A stretch of 63,935 bases of DNA, the filler included, from Craspedostauros australis (taxonomy: Eukaryota), in assembly GCA_030167865.1 (NCBI GenBank). It is 10 parts of 10 records of this genome, joined end to end, with 100 filler letters (N's around TTAATTAATTAA, not from the genome) between each part and the next. Parts side by side here need not be neighbours in the genome. Positions count along the whole stretch, not along the records: positions 9,360 to 14,411 come from JALAGF010003816.1; positions 14,512 to 38,062 come from JALAGF010003817.1; 8 more parts are not named here. The stretch is one strand, 5' to 3'. Numbering within the stretch: position 1 is the stretch's first letter; each line of letters begins with the position of its first letter. The notes under the pieces were generated by a model, which saw nothing but the letters and a program-made list of their open reading frames with translations, was not told the origin of the DNA and made no database searches. Of this stretch, positions 12,893 through 24,691 are shown in pieces. The translations under genes and the position numbers were made by a program.

Positions 12893-13630
12893 GCTGGTGC
12901 TGGTGGCTTGCTATTCTATTATAGTCGTATGCTGCTGCTGTCTTGGGTCATGAGTTATGAGGAGAACTCTGTGGGCGCGAGAATGACGGAAACCAGACAG
13001 GAGGAAGCGCAGTGCCGAAATACTTTGTCTCTTGTGCTGTTGTGCGCGTACTGAACATGGAGGATGGGACTTTGGCGTTGCTGTTCCATCTTCATTCCCC
13101 AGGTACACAAAGCCGCCCAAGCAAATTACGCTTGGGCAGAATGGCATCACGTCAACAAAACACCAATTCGTACCGCTGTACTATTAAGGAAAGGAACTTG
13201 TATCGCTGGTAACCGTGTACCAACGCTTCCTCTCACGGACTGTCTTCGTTGGTCTTGCTTTCTTCGTCACCCTGGTCAGCTGTCGCCGTTTGTGATGACG
13301 ACGAGAGGGATGAAAACGATTGTGAAGCGGGACAGCGGCGAATAGCAAAGAGCAAGAACATAATGACCTCGTTCTGTGTGCTAACCGTGACATTTTGTTG
13401 CTGCTAAGCCCCGCAACTATGGTACTCAGCCCCATTTATTAGGTGTATTTGACATTATTCCAGGAACACCCAACATTTTGTCCGATTTTCACTTTTCTAG
13501 ATCGTGACCTAATTTACCGGGACTTAATACACTGCGTTGAGACAGAAAAGTGAATCGCCTGAAATCCTGAAAATCTTAGATAGGGTTACGCTATTGCTCT
13601 TCAATTGTCGTTGGTCCAGGCACAAGAGAG

Positions 13631-13825
13631 ACCGGACAAAACCGGAGAAACTCAGTCAGACCGGACAGACCGGACAAAATGACCGGACAAACCGGACAGA
13701 CCGGACAAAACGACCGGACAGACCGGACAAACCGGACAAAACGACCGGACAGACCGGACAAACCGGACAAAATGACCGGACAGACCGGACAAAACAAGCG
13801 AATCAACCGGACAGACCGGACAAAA
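13631..13825. repeat. Tandem array of ACCGGACA(A/G) units, about 16 copies, with a roughly 31-bp higher-order period
   Basis: Directly visible: gaccggacagaccggacaaaccggacaaaa(c/t) repeats. Confidence 0.92.
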
Positions 13826-14096
13826 CTCAAGAATTTATCGGACTATGTAACGGACGTTTGGTCGAACGTAACGGACATTTGGATCGTGAAGAAACAGACA
13901 AAACTACTTCGCACAGAGTGACACAAGCCAACCCAAACCACAAGAACAGATCAGCGAAACAAGACAACAAGCCAGCTTTGCACTGAAGTATGGCATCATG
14001 CCAATGCAAATGNNNNNNNNNNNNNNNNNNNNNNNNNNNNNNNNNNNNNNNNNNNNNNNNNNNNNNNNNNNNNNNNAAGAGTTCTGCTCCATCATC

Positions 14097-14411
14097 CTGA
14101 TGGTATTGCACAATGACACAACTGGCTTCAAACACATGCTTCTGCTTTTCTGTGCCATGCAAAAAGTGATCTCCAGAACGCTGAAGAACTCCAGTCTCTC
14201 ATTGAAGGTCTCATGATGCAACTGTGCTCTGCTCTTGAAGTTTTCAAGTTCTGGCCCATCGAGCTCATTTGGTGTTCACATCATATTCTTTTTCCATACA
14301 ACTCGTCCTGTGCGCACGATCAGTAATGATGACTTTTTTGCCTGTGATCTGATGCAACAATCCTTCACAACAAATAGTCAAGTCATGTTTACCTCCTTGG
14401 TGGAGCCTGTG
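14097..14411 (-). mobile_element. Decayed PIF/Harbinger-type DDE transposase C-terminal fragment
   Basis: Frame-broken minus-strand peptides GKKVIITDRAH, NFKSRAQLHHETFNERLEFF, HGTEKQKHVFEASCVIVQY resemble the D..R.RHE..N.RLK.F region of Harbinger transposases; recognised by eye only. Confidence 0.6.
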
Positions 14412-14511
14412 NNNNNNNNNNNNNNNNNNNNNNNNNNNNNNNNNNNNNNNNNNNNTTAATTAATTAANNNNNNNNNNNNNNNNNNNNNNNNNNNNNNNNN
14501 NNNNNNNNNNN

Positions 14512-15485
14512 AACTTATTTCCAATGTTGATGCGGACAATGGCAGGCAAATTGCCGATCTCGGGCGGAATGGTGCCTGTCAGCAAGGTGTGGGGTAACAT
14601 CAACCATTCGAGCTTCGGGAGGTTGCCGATCTCGGATGGGAGTGGGCCACTCAGCCCGGTTGATCCTCCATACATTCTTTTCAACGATCGAAGTAGCCCA
14701 ATTCCAGATGGCAATCAGCCCGACATTTCATTGCCTTTGAAATGGAACCCCTGCAAGTCAATGAGATTGCCGATGGATGGCGGGATGGTACTCTGGATCA
14801 GATTGTGTCGCACTTGCAAGGAGCGGAGCTTTGTGAGGTTCTCAAATAGTGATTCTGGCCAGTCCGTGATGCGATTGTTGTTGACTTCCAATTCCTTGAG
14901 GTTGACAAGTTGGCTGATCTCTTCTGGGATGGGCCCCGACAGGTTGTTAGAGTTGAGATGTAACTTCTCCAGACTGGTCATGTTGCCGATGTGTGAGGGT
15001 ATATTGCCCCTGATCTTGTTGTCTTTCATCTTGAAGACTTGGAGTTTGTTTAGCAGTCCAAGCTCTGCTGGTATGTTGCCGCCGATGTTGGACGACATCA
15101 CGGTGAAGCTTTGCAATGATTCCAACCCACCGACTTCTGATGGGATAGTTGCAGCCTCGCTGAACGCATTGTAACTCAGATTGATTACCTCTGTGGATGG
15201 CATTGATGTGCAGGTCCATGATGTGTCCATGTAAGTATGAGCGCAAGTGTAAGTAGTGGCAATTTATGCGAAAATGGAAATGAAAACAGAAAGGAGTAGA
15301 AAGCAGTTAGAAAATAGTCATGTGAGGCTGTAGGGCGTTTGCGGTGTTGGTTTGTTGCAATGTTTATACCGTATCCATCACAGCTGCCCGCAGCAGACGG
15401 AATACCTTCAACACCGTTCACATTCAACATGGGAGCAACTCAACACGCAACTCAACGCGCAACTCAGCACGCCAACAACCACGGA
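14512..15485 (-). repeat. Third, 5'-truncated copy of the LRR gene B exon-3/intron-2 segment
   Basis: 14512-15431 matches 9360-10279; similarity decays in the intron by about 15485 and exons 1-2 do not follow. Confidence 0.85.
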
Positions 15486-17099
15486 CATGTGACATAATTG
15501 GGACAATGTTGCGTCTGGCATGCGTCCGCTTGTCAGAACCTTCTCATTCTTCGCAGCGTCGGAGTTTTTTGTGCAGAGGGACAACGCGGAATGTGCCTCA
15601 AGCACCTATCATCCCAGACGCGCTTTTGCTTGTTCCTTGGTGGTTGCGAGCTACGACCATGGGACTCGTTGCTTGGTTCTTGTACACTACGAATATTGAG
15701 TCCATCGACAACGGTCTTGGAAAATAGCGCTCTGGAGAGCAATGCCACGATCGTCGGAGGACTCTGGCCAGCTTCAGTTCGGCTGTCATTATTGTGGAGC
15801 CTCGCAGACGTCCCTCGATGCATTGGCGTGGGGACGTGGAACTGAGAGTAGAAGATTTCCTCTTTGCATGTGATCCGACGAGGAGTTGGACCGGAGGAGT
15901 ATGATGTGTGTACTAGGATGGTATTAGTATTGTGTCGTGGTGTTGTGTTGTGTTGAGCCATGTTCCGCACTTCGTGATGTCACCGAAGTCGCGCTGTGCC
16001 TCTTCGCACAATTTGTGAGGAGAGCGCCGTCACCGCTTCCGTTCCACTCCCCAAAATACGTCGGAGTCTGCCTCACGGATGTGGAGATCACGTGCTCTTT
16101 GATATCTTGCTTGAGTTAATTGTTGGTTCTTGGATTGTGTCACATATGATTATGAATGATCTTTCATGGGACATTCTATGGTCACGCAACGTATATAGAG
16201 GACATTCCATCACGACCCAACGACGACATCGAACAGAAAGTAGTTAATCTATTGTTGCAGAACCAGCGAAGGGCCGAAGTCGGCCAAGTCACTAAGGACA
16301 TTTTGGATTGGAATCAAACGAATGCAAACGGTGACGACGAAGCGCGGCTCCTGCGATGGCGTTGGTGGTGCAAACATCAACTGCAACGAGCGAAGTCGCG
16401 CAGACACAACAGGCATCGCTGAGCGTATCGTCCTCCTCATCTGTTGTGTTCCGTTCGTGTTGGCGAGTTGCCGCTGCCGCTCTGCATGGACCGCATTGAC
16501 GACACAAGCTCGGAAACGCACTAACCACATCTCCATTGGTCGCCTGTCGAACTCCTCTGCAAGTACTATTCCGATCTAATACTCCAAACCAGAAGCAGAC
16601 CATCTCTCTGTCTCCAGTTGCAGTTGTGGTCGCTCGTCAGCAGCATTGAAGCCCAAGCGAAGCGGAGTGCAGCATTGGATCGAACAGGAGATCACATAAT
16701 AGCAGTACCACACAAGCACGAGGACGACCTCCCAGTGCAGTACGTCTACGACTATCAAGTGGGAGAACTGCACCCAGACCAGGCCCAAGTTCCAATCCAG
16801 AGACGAAGCGAGCAGGAGCGTGCGACCACCTCATCGCATCTGTCAAAGCGCAGCAGCTTCAATACCGCAAAGGTCATTCCATACCACGCAAACAGCATCT
16901 CAAGTCAGCTCTCCCACACTCGCACAGACGCCATCACATCACATCACGTTGCACTTGTGTGCTTGATCCCACGAACGCTTCTGAGAGCATCCATCTCCTA
17001 TTCAACCCAGCGTCCAAGTCAACGTCCAAGTCAACGTCCAACCCACAATCTTCCCAATCCAACCAATCCACAGCAACAGCAACGGCACTTCTTCACATC

Positions 17100-18812
17100 A
17101 TGACCACCTCTGTGGCGGAATCGAACTCGTCGGTGCACGTCCACAGCAAATGGGGCATGATTGCGTCGTGCGCCTCACCATCGCACAAAGTCGAGCAGGA
17201 CGATGAGTACAAGAGCGAGCAACCCCAATCCGCACGTTCCTTGGCCACGTTCTCCACCACGGCCTCCTCGATCGTGCCAACGTCGCCAGTCTCGTCGCCG
17301 TCGACAAAGAAGAGCAGCAGAAGGCTGGCATTGCGGGAAGCAACGGCGACGATCGCCCGCAAGACCATCTTCCGATGTCGTCACAAGTCCAACGACAAAC
17401 CCGTCTGCCACAGCAGCAAATCGGACGTTCGGACGACGCGCAACTCGCCAAACAGAGCGGCGAAATCCAAAGATCGGAGCCTTGATCGCACTCGATCGCT
17501 CAACGTGGGTCGTTCCGAACCCCATCCATTCAAGGATCGTGTCCGCGATGCGCGACGCGATGCGGCGTCCGTGACATCCAACGATGTGTCGATTCGCAGT
17601 CGCCGAAGGCTCTTTCTCAAGGAAACCTTGTCTCAGTACTCCGTCGAATCGCCTATCCAATGGGGCGTGGATTTGGGTGCCTCCCTCTCGACACTGTCAC
17701 CCATCACACAGGCATCGCCATCGCGCAATGGTCGCAGTCTCCACGACAGCACGCCTTCCTTGATCATCGCGGCGCCGCCGTTTACTTGCTGTGAGGGTGA
17801 CGACGATGATGATGGTATCGACAGCGATATCGAAGTGGAATCCGTTGTGCATGCATCCGTTCCATCGCCATCTCCGCCAAGCGACGCCACACAACAATCC
17901 AATGCAACCGAATTCACAAAACACAAGCACAAACGCGATGGCGAGAGTGAGAACAAAGACACAAAGCAAGCGGAAGACCACAACCAAGAGGCACAATCAA
18001 AGAAGAAAGCGAAGAAGGTAAAGACGAAGGATGGAAACAAGTTGAAGAAGAACAAGAAGAACAGCAAGAAGAGCAAGAAAGCGCTGTTGGCTGATGCTTC
18101 CTATGCCAGCAGCGAAGCCTCCCGAACGGCCAAGCCAACCAAATCCTCAAAGAAGGACAAGAACAAGAACAAGAACAAGGTATCTTCGAAAATGAAACTG
18201 AAGACGAAGGGCAAGAGCAAAACGAAGAAGTCGAAACGCAAGAAACCAACGTCGGAAGCATCGGAAACCTCCCGCAGGAGCCAAACCTTGCTCGCCGCTC
18301 CAACACCACGCGGCGTCGAAGAGCTGCATCAGCAAAGCCGCAATCCGCATGGCGATGGAGAACAGCGACGACGGCAGCCAGAAAGTCCGCTTGCTTCGCC
18401 CCGAACGACCGTGTCGCGCAAGCCATCCTCGTCGACCTCATCGAGATCGTCATCATCCATGCAAAGCGCATCGCGTCGATCCATCTCCAGCACGCCGCTG
18501 TCCCCCAAACAGAAGCGAGAAGTGAGCCAGCGCCAGCTGCATCAGCTCAAGGCCATCAACCGCACGAAGCGCATCCAGCTGCTGCGCCAATCCTCAGCCG
18601 TGCTGTGCCAACAGAAGCAGAAGCAGCAGCAGTACAGATTCATGGTGATGCACCTGGCCGTCAAGGAGGCGCTGTTGCACAGCAGCGCCATGGACTTTCA
18701 GCGCATGACGAGAGAACTCATCTCATCGGCAGCGCGCAAGCACAAGCGGCAGGAGGCTGCGACGTGTCTGCAAATTTGGTGGCTGAGCAAGCGTCGCGGA
18801 CGGGCTGTGTAG
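17100..18812 (+). CDS. Ser/Lys-rich low-complexity protein with C-terminal IQ-like motif
   Basis: Long ORF (first ATG 17100; frame open from 16959); ends EAATCLQIWWLSKRRGR. Confidence 0.7.
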   Translation: MTTSVAESNSSVHVHSKWGMIASCASPSHKVEQDDEYKSEQPQSARSLATFSTTASSIVPTSPVSSPSTKKSSRRLALREATATIARKTIFRCRHKSNDKPVCHSSKSDVRTTRNSPNRAAKSKDRSLDRTRSLNVGRSEPHPFKDRVRDARRDAASVTSNDVSIRSRRRLFLKETLSQYSVESPIQWGVDLGASLSTLSPITQASPSRNGRSLHDSTPSLIIAAPPFTCCEGDDDDDGIDSDIEVESVVHASVPSPSPPSDATQQSNATEFTKHKHKRDGESENKDTKQAEDHNQEAQSKKKAKKVKTKDGNKLKKNKKNSKKSKKALLADASYASSEASRTAKPTKSSKKDKNKNKNKVSSKMKLKTKGKSKTKKSKRKKPTSEASETSRRSQTLLAAPTPRGVEELHQQSRNPHGDGEQRRRQPESPLASPRTTVSRKPSSSTSSRSSSSMQSASRRSISSTPLSPKQKREVSQRQLHQLKAINRTKRIQLLRQSSAVLCQQKQKQQQYRFMVMHLAVKEALLHSSAMDFQRMTRELISSAARKHKRQEAATCLQIWWLSKRRGRAV

Positions 18813-19341
18813 GATAGCACCAATGCATAATGTCCATGTAACTTAGAACAGTAGATGAAGTAGTGTAGGGTATGGTAGATCTCGGTTGGTTCTGGTAGCG
18901 GTTTCAGCAGTGCAATCTGCGAGAGAGACCAGCCGCACCAACAAACAGGGAGACGGAGACAGTCACAGAGTCACGCGTCGTTTATTATCCGTCCCATAAT
19001 ACGTCTGCACGTTCACCAGAATGCACCTTTCTCCCTCAATTCCGTCATTTCGATGTTCTTGAGAAAACGCTTTTCTTCGTTTCTGTCCATTTCCGAGTAT
19101 TAGTCGGCTTGATCGACAACGTTTGATCAAGTCGACTACACCACAGAAACAAAACGAAATCAACGAAAGAGAGCAACAGCAACAAGAATCGGCAACGCGG
19201 ATGGATCGACCATGGCGCAAGGGGGTGACACCAACTGCTTCATCGCCGCTGCCGCTGTTGCTGCCATCATCCTGCCAAGAAGCACATCTTGCACATCAAG
19301 AAGGAACGACACAACTCGCAAAGCATTGCACCGATTTGACC

Positions 19342-20455
19342 ATGCCACCCATCCGACCACAAGTTTTGAACGACGCCTTCCAAGCCGCAGCTGATCAGGC
19401 GCGACAACGGTTGCCAGCTTTGAGCCACAAGCAGGAGGTACGGTCTGGTGGTTGTGATAGGATGGGGCATGGGCTGTGATGTTGCTGTTGGTATCGTCCC
19501 CATGTCAGGCGGTCTTGTTGTTGGGAGGATGCGAGCGTCTGCGCTGGAGGAACGGAGCTACATCAACCATCATTGCGTGTTGCTTCGTTCATTTCGGTGT
19601 CATCAGTCGCAGTGGCAGAGCACGCACTCTCTATTCACGCCTCTGATGGATGGCTGATGAATTGGCTTTCAAAGCTGTCCACTGTATCATATTAGTCGAT
19701 AAAGCACCTCACATATCATCCTGTATGCTTCCTTCTCCACGTCACCACTGAACTATTGCATTCATCCACACCAACTCTCTTTTCTTTCTCACCCCTTTCC
19801 AATACTCAATGATACTCAACGAGCAGGTCGCGCGGCTGTATCGCCATGCCTTGAAGCTGCTGGACAGCTGGGCCATCGATCGTGACGTCTTCTGCGACGA
19901 AGCCGAGAAGATCCGCGCCAAGTTTGATGCCGAACGTGGTGCCAATCCTGGCAGAGCTCTGCACTTGTTGAATGTACGTTGGTGGCGGGGCTCTTCGAAC
20001 AAGCGTTGCGACCAACGCAAGCAACAGTTCTGTGTGCTCTATTCTTCTCTGCGATACTGTCGTGTTGTGCTATGCTATGCTATGCTGTGTACATACGTAA
20101 CTAACGAACTTTATATATCTAACCCAATCTCACCTTGTTTCTCCCTTCCACCTCCTTTACCTTAACTTCCCCCAACTGAACCAACCACGGCACCAATCAC
20201 TATACACAGGCCGGCAAAGAAGAGCTGTACAACTACACCCACCCTGACAAGTACTGCGTGCCATTCATGCCGGGCGGCTCTAAATTCATGCGCAACCCTC
20301 CGCTGCCACTGAGCGTGTGCTTCCCCGACGGCAACTACCCCGCCGACGCACCCGACTACGAATTCAACAACGACTTCAGCATCGCCACACCGGAGAGTGG
20401 ACGCAACGGAACCGGATACGTGCTGGTGGATTTCGGAAAGAAGAACATGGAGTAA
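19342..20455 (+). CDS. NDUFB9: Mitochondrial complex I subunit NDUFB9/B22 (LYR family); exons 19342-19437, 19827-19973, 20210-20455
   Basis: Two phase-0 GT-AG introns give SHKQE|VARLYRHALKLLDSWAIDR...LLN|AGKEELYNYTHPDKYCVPFMPGGSKFMRNPP, the LYR and HP..Y..P..PGGS..RN signatures. Confidence 0.9.
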
Positions 20456-20840
20456 GCGCGCAGGCACACCAAGACATACACGCAGCGTGTGGTTGGCTGA
20501 CACAACGATAACATTCTAGCGAGAAGTGTGTCTCTCTCTCTCTCGTGTTGGATAGCCTCCGACTGTCTATCTGCATCAGAGTAACATCAACGTTGTTGCT
20601 ACAAACATGCATGCAAAACGTTGGATTGGGAAGTGCCTACTCGCACTGGCATATGTGGCAAAACGCTTTCAACAATCATCAGGCTGCACACTCGTACACG
20701 TTCACATGAAAGCTTTTATGTGCTGAACTGTACTGTATTAAAAATGTTACTTTCTCTATCTGTCTCCAAAGTGCACGGATAGGCACTGTCACACGAGATC
20801 CGCCGTATCACACGGCGTTCCGTCATAACTATATAATGCT

Positions 20841-21977
20841 CTATTCCGCTTCTGAAGCTGATGCATCCGCCTTGGCGTCGGCCTGATTGGCCATCCAAAT
20901 GAGATTCATCATGGCCGTCTGCTGCATCTGGTAGATCTGAAAGCTCTCACGCCGCTGCTGCTTGATCTCGCTGGCGCTCTTGGCCGCCATCGCGATCTCC
21001 TGCTGATCGACGCCGGAATTGAGGAGCAGCTGCAGGCGCTTCTTCGACGACAGCTTGCGCGCCGTGGGACTCGCGACGCCACGTCGCATCGTCGATCGCA
21101 CCTCCTCAAAGACCTCGAGGTTGCACGATTGTCGTCGTTGGTGTTGCCATTCGACGGTGATGGGGCAGCCCTTGCTGACGCTGGGGTTGTCGCCCAGCGT
21201 GATGGGCATCTCGATGAGCTCGATGGCGTCGAAGCGGACGGATTTGCGTTTGGGTGGCGTCGTTGCGTCCTGTTCTGCGAGTGCATCGACGTCCGTGTCG
21301 AGCGTGGCATTCTTGTATTGGCCGGCGCCGTTGTTGCTGTTGTTGTTGGATGATGATGATGAAGAAGAGGAAGAAGCGGAGGCCGTACTGGAATCACCAG
21401 TGGAAGTGGAAGCAGCCACAGTTGCAGAAGCTGTAGCCGACGTCTCATCATGTGCGGCATCATTGTTCTCCACAACATCGACGGCATTGGCAACATCTGC
21501 CATCTCACTCAGACTGCCATAGTGACACAGGTAGTCAGTGTAGGACATGGAAGACGAGAAGGAGTTGCCTGGATCGCCGTTGCTTGTCGTTGCCGCAGTT
21601 GTGGAAAAGGCATCCTCATGGACAGCGTCTTCACTTGTGGTGGCATACGTGACGGGGTAATCGTATTCATCGCAAGCAGTCTCCACCACCGAAGGTTCCT
21701 CCTCTTCCTTGTCCTCCAGACTGACACCGGACGTCAGCTTGGACAGCCAGGTCTCGTAGTCATCCTGGCCGGCGGAGTCCACAGCATCGGTCTCCGTCGC
21801 ATCCGTGCTGTGTTCGCTGTATTCGTTGTCGTCGTCATTGCTATACTCATTGCTATACTCATTGTCATCGAACGCAGGTGATGAGTCCGCCATGTTGGAA
21901 CTGCTCGAGGGCGCAGCCGCAGATGCCGACACGCCTTGATCCAGCTTTGGTTCCAAGTGAGATGCGTGCGGTGGCAT
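20841..21977 (-). CDS. Uncharacterised protein with acidic disordered N-terminus and SVRF...LGDNPSVSKGCP motif domain
   Basis: 378-aa ORF; motif KRKSVRFDAIELIEMPITLGDNPSVSKGCPITVEW followed by helical segment. Confidence 0.8.
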   Translation of the reverse strand: MPPHASHLEPKLDQGVSASAAAPSSSSNMADSSPAFDDNEYSNEYSNDDDNEYSEHSTDATETDAVDSAGQDDYETWLSKLTSGVSLEDKEEEEPSVVETACDEYDYPVTYATTSEDAVHEDAFSTTAATTSNGDPGNSFSSSMSYTDYLCHYGSLSEMADVANAVDVVENNDAAHDETSATASATVAASTSTGDSSTASASSSSSSSSSNNNSNNGAGQYKNATLDTDVDALAEQDATTPPKRKSVRFDAIELIEMPITLGDNPSVSKGCPITVEWQHQRRQSCNLEVFEEVRSTMRRGVASPTARKLSSKKRLQLLLNSGVDQQEIAMAAKSASEIKQQRRESFQIYQMQQTAMMNLIWMANQADAKADASASEAE

Positions 21978-22717
21978 GGCGATGGCGTCGTCGTCCTTGT
22001 TGTCAGGAGAGAAGCTGCCGCTCTGAGAACATCCACAGATTACGATTTATGAATGGCATAATCTTCTTTGAAACATTCGCGATCTGCCACGAATTTGCAA
22101 CCAACAACACAGAACACTCAGCACAACGCAGAAGATTCAACGCAACGGATCGCTTCTTGGCTGTAACGCACGAACGCTTCTCTCTCTTGTGTGTCAAACA
22201 GACACAGGACTTGCTCGCCGCCGTTTCGGGTAGATCAACCATCAACCATAAGCCCCTCATGTGACTGAAAAGTGTGTGTGTGGTGATTCCATCGTTCCCA
22301 ATCAGACTTGTTCGTTAGTGGAGAACAACGCCTTCTACGAACTTTAACGGGCTTTCTATTCTTATGCAATCCGGATATTTGTGACATCAACGGTCGTAAC
22401 GAACAGTTCACAAATTTTATCGGACTCTATTTGGCGAGAACAATCACTTGTGATATTCTTACTTGCCGTTATTTATTGGATCATTCTTGCCGAAGAGTTG
22501 ATTCACGCACTGCCCTGTCGCAATGATAATGAATGATGTCTGGCGTTCCCGTTTGCGTGTCTGAACTATCCGAAAAGTCATCTTTGTCACCCGCTTGATC
22601 CAATCGATTCAACCCGTCATTCATGACGTCGCACGTGACACTTGTTCGAGTTTGTTCCATTTCTGACGAACGCACACATCACGTTTCTCATTTCTTTGGA
22701 TCTTTGGTGGATTATTG

Positions 22718-24274
22718 ATGGTCATCCACGCGGTCTCGATCATCATCAACGCCAGCATCAACAACATTGGTGCAAGAGACAAGCACCTTCGTACCACAAT
22801 CGCGATGTTGCAAACCATCACAAGAAGATCAACATCCTCTCTCATCTCGAGTCCCTTCTCCTTCCAACCTCGCCACCACACTTGTCACCACCCTTATCAT
22901 CACAAGCGTGGATTGATACCATCTCTGCATCCATCGCACATTCACCACAGCATGAGACACTCCAGCTTCGCGGCGTTCGTTACCTTCTGCTGCTTCGCGT
23001 CATCACCATCATCACCCAAGTACTCGAACACGGTCAAGGCTGCATCCGCATCGGCTCCTCTCGCCTTCCTGCAATCGCACCGACAATCAGCGCAAGACAG
23101 TGCCTTCCTCGTGCGCATGAGCACCGAGTCTTCTTCAACAACGACGACAGCTACGACAATGGCTAATAACACAACAGATGACCAAGACCAACGTCCCACA
23201 CTGAAGGGCGTCGTCTTCGACATGGACGGCACGCTCACGGTCGCCAACTTGGACTTCGACGACATGTACGCGCGCTGCGAGATTCCCAAAGACCACGACA
23301 TCCTCACCTATCTCAATGACAACCCCGCCAACCTCACACCGCAACAGATCCAAGCCAAATTTGACATCATCCAGGACATGGAACGCGAGGCAACACAAAC
23401 GTTGCAGCTGCAACCAGGCGTGCCCGAAGTCTTGCAATGGCTGTCGCACAACAACATCCCGATGGCCTTGATCACGCGCAACACGATGATCTCCGTCGAT
23501 GGCATGTACGACAAATTCCCCGATCTGCCGCGATTTGAAATCGTCGTGACGCGCGATGACGCGTATGCGCCCAAACCGGATCCTGCCGGTATGCATGCCA
23601 TTCGGAAGCAATGGAATTTCGACGCCACATCGATCGTCATGATTGGCGATTCGTACACCAACGACGTTCAATTTGGAAAGGCCGCCGGCGTCGCCACGAT
23701 CTGGTTGGATCTTGACGCCACGACCGAATCGGACGCAATCTGCAATCGCTTTTACAAATTGGCACGGCAGCTCTATCTGAACTTTGAGATTTCCGGCATT
23801 GCGGAATTGCGCAAGTACCCGGTCCCGCAACCCACAACGCCTGCGACAATCGCGGCTGCGGCCGGCGAATTTATCGGTGGTGACAACGCTCCCGATAGCA
23901 CGGGCAACACGCCGCTCATTTGGGCCGCCGATGCGGGACATGAGAACGTCGTGGCCCAATTGCTGCAACAAGGTGACAGCATCGATATCAATGCGCGCGG
24001 GTACTTGGGTGCTACGGCCGTGTGTCGTGCCGCGCGCAGGGGACATACGGCAGCGCTCAAATTACTGATCGAAGCGGGCGCCGATTTGGATATTCCCAAC
24101 GACAAGATGCAGTACCCCTTGCATTTTGCTGCGTTCAAGGAAATGCCGGACGCTGTGAATTCGCTGTTGGATGGTGGTGCCAACGGTTGCGTTTTGGACA
24201 GAAAGGGCAGAATCCCTGCGATGGACACGAAGAATGAAAGCATTCGAGAACAGATCATGGCAAGGATGCCGTGA
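22718..24274 (+). CDS. HAD-superfamily hydrolase fused to ankyrin repeats (start uncertain: ATG 22718, 22806 or 22952)
   Basis: HAD motifs VVFDMDGTL, LITRN, KPDP, MIGDSYTNDV; ankyrin motifs GNTPLIWAA, GATAVCRAA, QYPLHFAA. Confidence 0.88.
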   Translation: MVIHAVSIIINASINNIGARDKHLRTTIAMLQTITRRSTSSLISSPFSFQPRHHTCHHPYHHKRGLIPSLHPSHIHHSMRHSSFAAFVTFCCFASSPSSPKYSNTVKAASASAPLAFLQSHRQSAQDSAFLVRMSTESSSTTTTATTMANNTTDDQDQRPTLKGVVFDMDGTLTVANLDFDDMYARCEIPKDHDILTYLNDNPANLTPQQIQAKFDIIQDMEREATQTLQLQPGVPEVLQWLSHNNIPMALITRNTMISVDGMYDKFPDLPRFEIVVTRDDAYAPKPDPAGMHAIRKQWNFDATSIVMIGDSYTNDVQFGKAAGVATIWLDLDATTESDAICNRFYKLARQLYLNFEISGIAELRKYPVPQPTTPATIAAAAGEFIGGDNAPDSTGNTPLIWAADAGHENVVAQLLQQGDSIDINARGYLGATAVCRAARRGHTAALKLLIEAGADLDIPNDKMQYPLHFAAFKEMPDAVNSLLDGGANGCVLDRKGRIPAMDTKNESIREQIMARMP

Positions 24275-24691
24275 TGTGATGGGTACGGATGATAGTGCGT
24301 GGAATATCGTCAAATATGTCATGATTTCAATCTCTGCTCCTTTTTACTTCAATTACGGTTCTGTGTGAGTCATGGGTCTGCGCGTTGACTTCCAGTCGTC
24401 GATCTCTGGTTCTTCGCTTGAGTTCATTTCATTTTATTCCGGTTGGATACCAATGATCTGAATCCCCACCAGATCCGCTGCATGTTCCCTCATTGTTCTT
24501 CATGTATGGATGTGTCCGTGTGTGTGTGTGCCTGTGCCTGTGTATGTGCATGTGTGTCTATTGCTACCTGTCTCTGCTGCAGCCAGGACGATGCTGCATC
24601 CATTTGAGGACGGGGCAATCACTTGTCATACTTGCTTGGCAATGCCCACCACCACCAGGGGCACGTTGCTGATTGCCGCTTGGTTGTTTGC

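Noticed and set aside
13631..13825. Regular repeat resembling a CRISPR array or iterons
   Set aside because: No unique spacers, 9-bp unit, eukaryotic context, no cas or rep gene
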